Part shown: positions 1 to 9,492 of the stretch, in pieces
Position numbering within the stretch: the stretch's first letter is position 1
Layout of the letters: each line of letters opens with the position of its first letter
From: Macrostomum lignano
Lineage: Eukaryota
DNA length: 64,000 nt
Assembly (NCBI GenBank): GCA_002269645.1
Contig: NIVC01002094.1
Location: 62,001 to 126,000, forward strand
Reading direction: 5' to 3'
The notes under the pieces: model-generated
Seen by the model: only the letters and a program-made list of their open reading frames with translations
The model's database searches: none
Told to the model about the DNA's origin: nothing
Made by a program: the position numbers and the translations under genes

Positions 1-1
1 A

Positions 2-787
2 TGGAGACAGTCAGTCGCTCACTTTGCCGCTATGAACAGAAAAAGCAACTCTTGTCTAAGGTGGCTGGTGAAGGAGCTCGGCAGCGACTGTCTCACAGCT
101 CCTGACAAACTCGGTGACATGGCCGTCCATTTTGCCGCTAAGCATCAGGGCATCGAGTCACTGGAGTGGATCAAGAGACAGATCGGAACTGACTACTTTC
201 GGCAGAAGGGGGGGGTTCTGGAAGAGAACAGCATTTCACTTTGCTGCTCAGAAGTCTGACAATTCAAATCTGAAGTGGCTGGTGAGGGAGCTCGGCAGCG
301 ACTGTCTCACAGTTCCTGACAAACACGGTGACACGGCCGTCCATTTGGCCGCTCAGCATCAGGGCACCGAGTCGCTGGAGTGGATCAAGAATCAGATCGG
401 AACTGACTGCTTTCGGCAGAAGGAAAAGCGGAAAAGAACAGCATTTCACTTTGCTGCTGAGAAGTCTGACAATTCAAATCTGAAGTGGCTGGTGAAGGAG
501 CTCGGCAGCGACTGTCTCACAGTTCCTGACAAATACGGAAACATGGCCGTCCATTTAGCCGCTCAACATCAACCAGTCGACTCTCTTCAGTTCATTTTTG
601 ACCAAATTGCAGCCGAAATGTTCAGCTTGAAGAACAACAGGGGCGAAACACCGACTGATGTTGTTGAGAGTAATCGGTGCCGCACAGACCAGTCAGCAAA
701 GCGGGCCTGGATTTCCTCCACGCAGCCGCAGCTCGAAGCCTCTAGGCCTCCCGCTGGCAGCTCAGCGCCGACTGCCGCCTCAGCTGG
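2..787 (+). CDS. Ankyrin-repeat coding exon, truncated by the window start; probable N-terminal part of an ANK-kinase gene
   Basis: Frame 2 is open from base 2 (WRQSVAHFAAMNRKSNSCLRWLVKELG...). It shifts to frame 3 at the G8 run 208-215. Near-identical ~68-aa double-ANK units (TAFHFAA...AVHLAAQH). Ends at donor GG|GTGAGT (GT 788-789, phase 2). Confidence 0.85.
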
Positions 788-1372
788 GTGAGTCCTGACT
801 GAGAACTGCTGCCTCAGCTGGGTGAGTCCTGACTGAGAGCTGCTGCCTGACACTTAAAATACTGAAAATATTGTTTGGCGAAAATTCATTGCACCTTGAT
901 GATCGGCGCCCTGAAATTCTCAGCAGCGCCGCAGTCAAGCGAAGGCGTCATGAATCTGTCACTGCAGCTCCTCATGGGACCCCGAACCCCCACCCAAAGC
1001 TCAATCTGCAGGAATTTTTTAGCACAAAGCATCAGCGAGTTTAAGTGCCATCAAACTCTCCGATTTTAGTAGAAATGTACTTAATGTGACGTTCCAAATA
1101 TTGTCACTTAAATGACTTCAGAGCCTCCAATCTCTTCGTGGGACCGCAATCTCCCGATTGCGTCTCTAATGTCCATATAGCGCCACCCAAAGCTCAATCT
1201 GCAGTGCAGCTTCTTATTTACCACAGGGTGTGTACATGTACAAGATTTACTTCGACAAGCCTCTTGTACTGGCGTGAGTTCATTCAGCTCACACTGCTAA
1301 AGCACACAGCTACAGCACACACAGCTAGAGCATGCAAATCATCCCTAATTGCCTCAATTCGCATCCCATCAG

Positions 1373-2308
1373 ACCCGAAGGCCCCCCGCTCCTGGAGCGC
1401 TGGGACGCCGTTCGTCTCATCGGCCGCGGAGCCTTCGGCGAAGTCCACGAAGTTCGAACTGACACGGGCGTCACGTGTGCTGCCAAGACTCTCAGACTGC
1501 CTGTGCAGCTCGGTGATGAGCTGCCCTCTGTGAGCACAGAGATCCACAGAGCTATCGAGAGCGAGAGAAACCTGTGCCGACTGCGGCATCCCAACGTCGT
1601 CAGGTTCTTGCACATCGCTCAGCCGGAGCCCGCCACAGTCGTTGTATTCATGGAGCTGCTGGACGGCCGAAGCTTGGAGAGGTTTATCGACAACAAGCCG
1701 CTGGACGAGCTGACGATTCGAGACTTCAGCGAGCAGGTGAGCATTGTGCATCCTTGATGCTCCTGTTCCATGTTCCCATGAATGATGACTGCTCACTGAC
1801 CGACCGCTCGCAGATCTGCCGCGCGCTGCTCTACCTGCACAGCCGGCAGCCGCCCGTGATCCACAGAGACATCAACTGCTCGAACATAATTGTTTGTGCT
1901 GACAACACGCGAATCAAGCTGATCGACTTCGGCCTGTCAATCAAGCTGGAGCAGTCCGTCAGCCACATGTCAGCCTCCACTCAGGCACCTAAAGGCACTC
2001 TGAACTTCATGGCGCCGGAGCTGCTCGGAGCGGGAGAGTCGGACAGCGTGCAGTACAGCAGAGAGTCGGACATCTGGGCGTTCGGCTGCTCGGTCTTCCA
2101 GATGGCCTCCGGCGCGAGGCCGTTCGCAAACGCCAAAAGCATGTTAGGAATGGCCAAGCTGATCGACAGGAAGGGCGCCCCCGCCCTGCCGGACGGCCGG
2201 TCCGCAGAGCTTCAGGATTTCTACAGCCGCTGCACCGCCATGGATCGCAGGCGGAGAAAAGCCGCACAGGAGCTGCTTGAGCAAGAGTTCCTGAGGAAAA
2301 ACCTCTGA
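1373..2308 (+). CDS. Ser/Thr protein kinase, STE11/MAP3K-like (exons 1373-1736, 1814-2308)
   Basis: GRGAFGEV Gly loop, AAK lysine, IESE alphaC, HRDINCSN, DFG, GTLNFMAPE, DIWAFGC. A 77-nt GT-AG intron 1737-1813 (phase 0) joins the two track ORFs. Acceptor ATCAG| at 1371-1372 has CTAAT upstream. Confidence 0.92.
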
Positions 2309-2834
2309 CTCTCAGTGCTAACCCGAGTTGCTTCTAACACTGCAGGGAGATTTTGGAACTTTTATGTTAAGCGTAAATCGAACGAGAACAAAATTTATTT
2401 TTCTAAGATTCGCCTACACTTATATCTTTTAAACTTTTCTTTATTTCATCTCCATAGTGCTTTTATTGCTATGAAAGCATGTTCCATTTTCAGAGCGTAG
2501 CTGGCCATTCGAGAAGTTGGGAAACTGAAAATTTCTTGAGTAGATAGCGAGAAGACAAAAAAGGAGGGCACCATCCAGCACCCAGCACCCACACAGCACC
2601 AACGCAACCGAAATCATTTCCATTCTTCATCACAGCTTATGATCTCAATTCTCCATCAGATGCATCGAATTTGTCATATCGTTAATTTATCAAAGCTACT
2701 CCATCCTGAACGTGAGCTGCTACTTTAACTGCACGGATTTTAAGCCACGTGAGCATTAATTGTGCTCAATCCGGTTTGCTAGCATAGGCACATGCAGGGC
2801 TTCTAATGGAGCTCTGATTTTTCTCCTTTGGATT

Positions 2835-3016
2835 TGATGGAGAATAGAGAAGCTGAGCTGGGATCTGATGGAGAATAGAGAAGCTGAGCTGGGATCTGAT
2901 GGAGAATAGAGAAGCTGAGCTGGGATCTAATGGAGAATAGAGAAGCTGAGCTGGGATCTGATGGAGAATAGAGAAGCTGAGCTGGGATCTGATGGAGAAT
3001 AGAGAAGCTGAGCTGA
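2835..3016. repeat. 31-bp minisatellite (TGATGGAGAATAGAGAAGCTGAGCTGGGATC), ~6 copies
   Basis: Tandem units read directly. Confidence 0.9.
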
Positions 3017-3033
3017 GTTGACAAATCTCAGCT

Positions 3034-3939
3034 GTGAAATGCTGAAGTGCCGGTCACCGAATGCAAAATGCAATAAAAAGGCAGGCAGCCGCAGTGCACA
3101 GATAAACTGTGTGGAATCCAAAATCAGCCCATATGTGATCTGAGCTGGAAAATGGTCTAAATATAGAGATGGTTGAGAGGCCGGGGTATGGGTGAGAGGT
3201 CCCTTTCACACACCCCCTCTCACCCATCCACTCTCACCCATCCCCTCTCACCCATCCCCTCTCACCCATCCCCTCACCCATCCCCTCTCACCCATCCCCT
3301 CTCACCCATCACCTCTTACCCTTCACCTCTTGCCCATCACCTTTTACCCATCACCTCTTACCCATCACCTCTTACCCATCACCCCTCACCCATCCCCTCT
3401 CACCCATCACCCCTCACCCATCCCCTCTCACCCATCACCTCTTACCCTTCACTTCTTACCCATCACCTTTTACCCATCACCTCTTATCCATCACCACTTA
3501 CCCATCACCTCTTACCCATCACCCCTCACCCATCCCCTCTCACCCATCACCTCTTACCCTTCACTTCTTACCCATCACCTCTCACCCATCACCCCTCACC
3601 CATCCCCTCTCACCCATCACCTCTTACCCTTCACTTCTTACCCATCACCTCTTACCCATCACCTCTTACCCATCACCCCTCACCCATCCCCTCTCACCCA
3701 TCACCCCTCACCCATCCCCTCTCACCCATCACCTCTTACCCTTCACTTCTTACCCATCACCTTTTACCCATCACCTCTTATCCATCCCCTCTCATCAGCC
3801 ATCAGCTCGGTGCCTGCCCAGGACAGTGCGGGACTCACATATGGGCTGATTTTGGATTCCACACAGTTTATCTGTGCACTGCGGCTGCCTGCCTTTTTAT
3901 TGCATTTTGCATTCGGTGACCGGCACTTCAGCATTTCAC
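3034..3939. repeat. 105-bp inverted repeat pair (3034-3138 / 3835-3939) enclosing a C-rich CCCATCAC/CTCTCA satellite (~3205-3795)
   Basis: The arms read as reverse complements (GTGAAATGCTGAAG...CATATGTGA vs TCACATATG...CAGCATTTCAC). Confidence 0.9.
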
Positions 3940-3944
3940 TGAAA

Positions 3945-4053
3945 TCCTGTCGATCAGCTTGGCCATTCCTAACATGCTTTTGGCGTTTGCGAACGGCCTA
4001 ACGCCCGAGGCCATCTGAAAGACCGAGCAGCCGAACGCCCAGATGGCCGACTC
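3945..4053 (-). pseudogene. Inverted 109-bp copy of the kinase C-lobe (matches 2063-2171)
   Basis: Reverse complement encodes ESAIWAFGCSVFQMASGVRPFANAKSMLGMAKLIDR. 5 mismatches to the kinase exon counted by eye. Confidence 0.9.
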
Positions 4054-4689
4054 AGCCATAGTCTACGAGCGTATTTGTACTACATTGTTGCAAGTAATGA
4101 ACTGGATTAGTTGCATTTTAAAAATAGCGCTCGGCAAATGCACACACGAATGCCAGTAGTTTCTTTCTTCTGTTTAGCAGAGCAGAAGCAGAAGCAGAGC
4201 AGCTAGAGCATCTGAAAACTCGCAGGCAGCGAATTTTACAGTCATTGAGCACAGGCGCAATGCAAAGCAGTGAATGGTTTGAGCGGGCAGGGTTAGCGCT
4301 CAAGCAGTCTGTTTCTGTGCCGTCAACCCCCCAGCCCAAAGAATTTGCTGCGAGTCCACTTTTGAGCGCCTCAGAGGAAGGAGAGACAGGAGGAAATGCA
4401 GAGGCCGCACGCAGCAGCTCAGCTGCACACAGATGTGCCTCATCAGCTCTGCCCCATTGTCTAAAACCCCTGCACAAATCTCACCAGCTGTGCACCTGGC
4501 TCTCCTTGCCGAATGAGTTCAGCATCTCTGCTGCATCAGTTTGAGCTCTGACAGATGAAGAGCGAATGGAGGCTGCGGGCAGAGAGTGGCTGCAGATTTG
4601 CTGACGAAACTGCTGAGAGACTGTTGCTAATTAAGGAAACAGGTGGGGCGAGCGGAGCGCAGAGAACCTCGAAATAAGCGGCTAGAGAG

Positions 4690-4888
4690 ATAGGGAGAGA
4701 GATGGGGGAGAGGGAGATGGGGGGAGAGGGAGATAGGGGAGAGGGAGATGGGGGAGAGGGAGATGGGGGAGAGGGAGATAGGGGAGAGGGAGATGGGGGA
4801 GAGGGAGATGGGGGAGAGGGAGATGGGGAGAGGGAGATGGGGGAGAGGGAGATGGGGGAGAGGGAGATGGGGGAGAGGGAGATGGGTG
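4690..4888. repeat. 15-bp purine minisatellite (GGGGAGAGGGAGATG)n
   Basis: Tandem units read directly. Confidence 0.9.
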
Positions 4889-4917
4889 AGAAGCAGAATA
4901 CACACAAACACAAGGTT

Positions 4918-5080
4918 TTGTTTATCTGATTGCCCTTTTTATTTATCCGATTGCCCTTTTTGTTTATCCGATTGACTTCTTTGTTTATCTGATTGCCCTT
5001 TCTGTTTATCTAACTGCCCTTTTTGTTTATCTGATTGCCATGTTCGTTTGACTGATGGCGCATTTTGTTTATCTGATTGA
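4918..5080. repeat. Degenerate ~22-bp repeat (TTGTTTATCTGATTGCCCTTTT)
   Basis: Tandem units read directly. Confidence 0.75.
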
Positions 5081-5084
5081 TCGA

Positions 5085-5254
5085 CTCACTCGGACCATTT
5101 TGTGTTCTACTTGAGCAAGACACGTAACTCTGCATTGCTTCAGTTCACCCAGCGCTGTAAAATGGGTGCCAGCATTTGCGCGGGTAATTGAGGCTGTCTG
5201 TGGCGACCTCCCCGCAGTCCTTGCATTGAACAGCCGTACGCAGCCTCAGATGCG
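5085..5254 (+). mobile_element. 5'-truncated SINE copy (same family as 55532-55758)
   Basis: CTCACTCGG...TGAGCAAGACAC.TAACTCTGCATTGCTTCAGTTCACCCAGC..TGTAAAATGGGTGCCAGC...CAGCCGTACGCAGCC aligns with the reverse complement of the fuller copy at 55.5-55.8 kb. Confidence 0.75.
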
Positions 5255-5561
5255 CCGTGCAATAGCTGGTGTAATCAACTATTATTTTATTATTGTACAG
5301 CATAAATTTATATGGCCTTGAGCATCACGTTTGTTACAAACTACCAACCGAAGTACAAAGTGTTGCAGAAGATGTTGTAGAAGTAAAAAAACATTAAAAT
5401 AGCTTCTCAATTTATCTATTCACAGCTACAAATAGCTACGAAAGCAAGAGTTCAAATTAAACAGTCCCTTTTGCATGTAATTAGAGTAGAACTCTACTTA
5501 AAAGTACAATTTTTGTTAAAATTACTACTTTAGTTAAGCGACCTTGAATAAAAGCAAATAA

Positions 5562-6128
5562 TCAAACTTCTTGAAGGCCTATCAAATCAGCTAGTAGACG
5601 CTCCTGATGAAATCTGATCAATTCTTTAGATGTCAGCTCGTGGCTTTGAATGCTTGTTTGAAATTTTCTAATCACAGTTAGAGCCAGACTGTGATCTGAG
5701 CAGCACCGCATGAAAGTGAGCAGCCAAAGTGGGCAGTCAAAGTTCATGTAGCAGTACGCGTCATAGTTCTCCATTCGCAGGGGAAACCAGGTGGCCAGAT
5801 GATCAGGTAGGAGGCTGGACAGATCCGGCCGGTTTAGGAACATGAAGCTGAATCTCCAGGCTCAGTCGCTGTTGAAAAGCTGGTCGAATACTGCCGACTC
5901 CCCTGACCCTTCTGCAGGTCTAGCAGCGAATTCCTTTATGCCTCTGCTTACCGCGCGACCGTTGCAGTTTGTCAAAACATCAGAAGCGGCCACTGTATCG
6001 TTACATTTCAGACAGACCAGGGCTCTGAGGCTCTCGTGAGCTGATCGAGCACAGTCTGGTAACTCTCCAATCTGCTTCATCAGGGAGGCTTCGAATTCCC
6101 GTTGTAGAGATCTCCAGATAAGATACAA
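5562..6128 (-). pseudogene. Disrupted paralogue of the C-terminal region of the Mab-21/cGLR gene
   Basis: The two track ORFs are in frame and separated by a single TGA (5864-5862): ...SLMKQIGELPDCARSAHESLRALVCLK...FDQLFNSD*AWRFSFMF.... This aligns by eye to ...SLESINRIPDFAKTTQQCLLVLVYLK...LTHLESSDSAWKFCLWF... in 9493-10818. No NTase exon seen. Confidence 0.7.
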
Positions 6129-7617
6129 AGTAGACTACTATGAGTAGCAACATAAAGATGCAAAAAACTTGAATGTTGTAAAAACTGCAAATTGTCACAC
6201 TCTATTTTTAAAGACCACGAAAGCAACAAGTGACCATCTTTTGCAACACTTAAATTAGAACTCTGAATATGGTATTGACGCTCAAACCTAATGTATTCCA
6301 TAGGGGTCAAATTTCCAAAACGCTAAACTGTAACCTACTAAAAATAAGCTGTTGTTCAAGAAGTTTTCCTATAAATACAAGCCAAAATCCGAGCTAAAAA
6401 TCTCAGACTCGGGGCAGCCTCTAAAGATCTTGGAGCTTGCTGGAACAGCTAAGCGAGGCTACATCTCTGAGAGAGAAGTAAACCAATTGGTGAGCCGTTG
6501 CTCGAGCCTTTGTTATTGATTTTGAGAGCGATTTTATTGCCGGCCGTTATTGATCAGTTGATTAACTGAGTTCATTGAATTTGAGGCCTCCCATTTTCCT
6601 AAGGGATTGGATAGGATCTGCGGACCGATTCCGATACCCTTAGAGGATTATCGATTGATTGATTTTGGTTATCCTAGATTAACCGATAGGAGCACACGAC
6701 TCCGATTCCGTTATTTCTAGAAGAAGACGCCCTTCTTGGAGGACCTCCGTTGTTATTACAGAAAGTTGATTTTGTTATAAGGGCGCATCGTTGATATTGA
6801 TTACTGAGTTTAAGGCCTATATCGATTTGCATTCGAGAAATACTGCGACGTCGATTGAATTGTTACGCTCTCACCTTCGGCCGATTCTAGACTTCAAGTG
6901 CGACAAAGAAGAGGAGCCCGCAACAGTAAGTGATCACTGGCTTTGTTCCCAGGCTTAAGTGTCTGGAAGTGGGAGTTTTCGGGGGACCGTCTAAAGTTTT
7001 TAGTTTCTGCACCGTGTTAGAATGAAAGTATATGCAGTGCTGCTGCTGCACAGTATTATAGTGTCTTCAGTAGAACCGCCAGCATTTTTATTTTAGAGCA
7101 GCATGGAGAGGCGACAATGTTGCGATGGAGTATATTGCCATTGGACCCGCGAAGCTGGGTGCAATGTTTCTTTACCTCTCCCTCTTGACAATTTCACGTA
7201 ATTTTTACGTAATAAACTCGCAACTCCCGTAACTAAAATACGACTTTGTTGGAAATTGTCCAACTAACTTTAGAACTAATTTCGATTTAATGCATTCTAA
7301 ATAAAGTTGTAAAGAATACTTGCGTTAGAACCAGCAAGCATGCGAAACTTTTTGTTTATTTGTATAAGCGAATAAATGGGTCAGTAGATTCTTCTCGCAA
7401 TGTGTTTGAATGAAAAAATCATATCTTTTGTTGCCAAGGCGTGCCATGACTTTTTTCATATTGTGCTCATATATGCTACACTGTATATTTTTACTGTTCG
7501 CTGACTAAAAATTATACATCGGTTTCACTTATTTTAGCTTTATAAATCTTTAAATGTTTTGACTCCACATATAGAAATTTCTGTTTGTGGTCTTTATGTT
7601 TTGCTATTCTTTATTCT

Positions 7618-8610
7618 TTATAGCCTTCTCTGTACCCCCGCGAGTGGAGAGGTGTGGAGAGGAGAGACAGTTTAGCGAGAGATGCAAACCACTGTTCTCT
7701 GAATAGACAAGTCTGCAGCAGTTTAACAGTGGATGGCAATTGGCAAATCAAGAAGAGTCAAGACGATGTGGGATGATGGTTTGTAAAAATTGCGAACAAT
7801 TAATGAATAACTGATTACAATGCAATACTACTAAATTAGTTACGCCATGAAGATTTTAACATTAAAATTCGCATAAGGTACTTTAAAATTTAAATGGCTC
7901 CTAAGAAATGCGTATTTCCTTGGTTGTTAGACTGCTGCAGACTGGATGACGTGATTAAAGCATGAGAAATGCTAACAACAATGAGAGTACTACGTCCCAC
8001 TAACTGGCTTTCGAAGCAGGGATCGGCAGATTTTTATCTCAAAGGCCAGATAAAGAATCCAGCTCATGGCTGCGGGCCAGATGCGAGTGAAGAGGAAAAG
8101 GAATAGACTGTTAGAAGAGAGGGGCGAGAGGGGGATAATAGAAAATATTAAAGATAGGAGGAGAGACGAGGGGGTGAGGAGAGAGAAGAGAATATGGGAG
8201 GAAGAAGCGAGAGGAAGGGAGAGAGGAGGGAGAGAAAGAGTAGAGGTGAGAAAAGGGAGAGAGTGGGAGAGAAGAGAAGAGAAGAGAGGAGATAAGAGGA
8301 GAGAGAGGGGGACAAAGAGGAATGAGAAGAAAGGAGATAAGAGGTGAGAGATAGAGTTGAGAAAGAAGCGAGGAGAAAGGAGAGGTGATAGAGTAAAGGG
8401 AAGAGGAGGAGAGAGAAAAGAGATGAGATTGTAGAGATGAGAGAGATGAAAGGAGAGATGAGAAAGTAGAGATAAGAGATGAAGGAGGAGAGTGCAGAAA
8501 GAGAGTAGAGAAGAGAATAGAGGGGAGAGAGTATAGACGAGTGAAAAGAAGAGGAGACAGAAGATGGGAAAGAGAAGAGTACACAGGAGTGAGGAGAGTA
8601 GAGATGACAG
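7618..8610 (+). mobile_element. Dispersed repeat, copy 1: ~480 bp of mixed sequence plus an aperiodic polypurine tract; family unknown
   Basis: Collinear with ~35415-36570, e.g. the shared GGCTTTCGAAGCAGGGATCGGCAGATTTTTATCTCAAAGGCCAGATAAAGAATCCAGCTCATGGCTGCGGGCCAGATG. Confidence 0.7.
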
Positions 8611-8619
8611 ACAGAAGAG

Positions 8620-9110
8620 AGAGGGAGGGAAAGAATGGGGAAGATGGGAGAGAGGGAGGGAAAGAATGGGGAAGATGGGAGAGAGGGAGAGAAAGAATGG
8701 GGAAGATGGGAGAGAGGGAGGGAAAGAATGGGGAAGATGGGAGAGAGGGAGGGAAAGAATGGGGAAGATGGGAGAGAGGGAGGGAAAGAATGTGGAAGAT
8801 GGGAGAGAGGGAGGGAAAGAATGGGGAAGATGGGAGAGAGGGAGGGAAAGAATGGGGAAGATGGGAGAGAGGGAGGGAAAGAATGGGGAAGATGGGAGAG
8901 AGGGAGGGAAAGAATGGGGAAGATGGGAGAGAGGGAGGAAAAGAATGTGGAAGATGGGAGAGAGGGAGGGAAAGAATGTGGAAGATGGGAGAGAGGGAGG
9001 GAAAGAATTAATGTGGAAGATGGGAGAGAGGGAGGGAAAGAATGTGGAAGATGGGAGAGAGGGAGGGAAAGAATGGGGAAGATGGGAGAGAGGGAGGGAA
9101 GATTTTAGGA
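8620..9110. repeat. 31-bp purine minisatellite (GGGAAAGAATGGGGAAGATGGGAGAGAGGGA)n
   Basis: Tandem units read directly. Confidence 0.9.
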
Positions 9111-9492
9111 TGGAAGGAAAGAATGGGGGAATCATAAGTGATGAGTCGCATAAATATATTTATATCTAGATATTTGAGCGTCTGTCTGGAGTTTTTTTGT
9201 AGAAAATTTTCTGTTAAAAAGATGTTTATTTCATAGTAATTCTAATTGAAATATTGGTTTTCATTGTTTCGCAGAGCTGTACACATCAGTCCAATGTCGA
9301 TGAGAAGTAAGAGTTTTTGAATTACATCGACAAAAAAGGGACAAAAACAGGTTTAATGCAAAAAATACAGGGGTTGTTTATTTGTATTTAGTTTTAATTG
9401 TTCAATTGAGTAGCTTAGCAGCTACAGTCTCGAGTGTCAGCTGAGCACAGCGGGTCAGAAGTTCTGTTTGAAAATGATTGATATCAAAGTCT

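Noticed and set aside
4118-4620. GC-rich coding-like minus-strand segment (119-aa ORF)
   Set aside because: Stops or shifts in all frames and no motif I can recognise; possibly a gene remnant but unsupported.
5862-5864. In-frame TGA as possible selenocysteine
   Set aside because: It aligns to Ser rather than Cys in the paralogue, no SECIS was recognised, and the upstream part of the gene is degraded. A nonsense mutation is simpler.
6340-7060. TATA-containing, compositionally distinct block that might be a solo LTR
   Set aside because: No second copy, TG..CA termini, TSD, PBS or PPT could be established.
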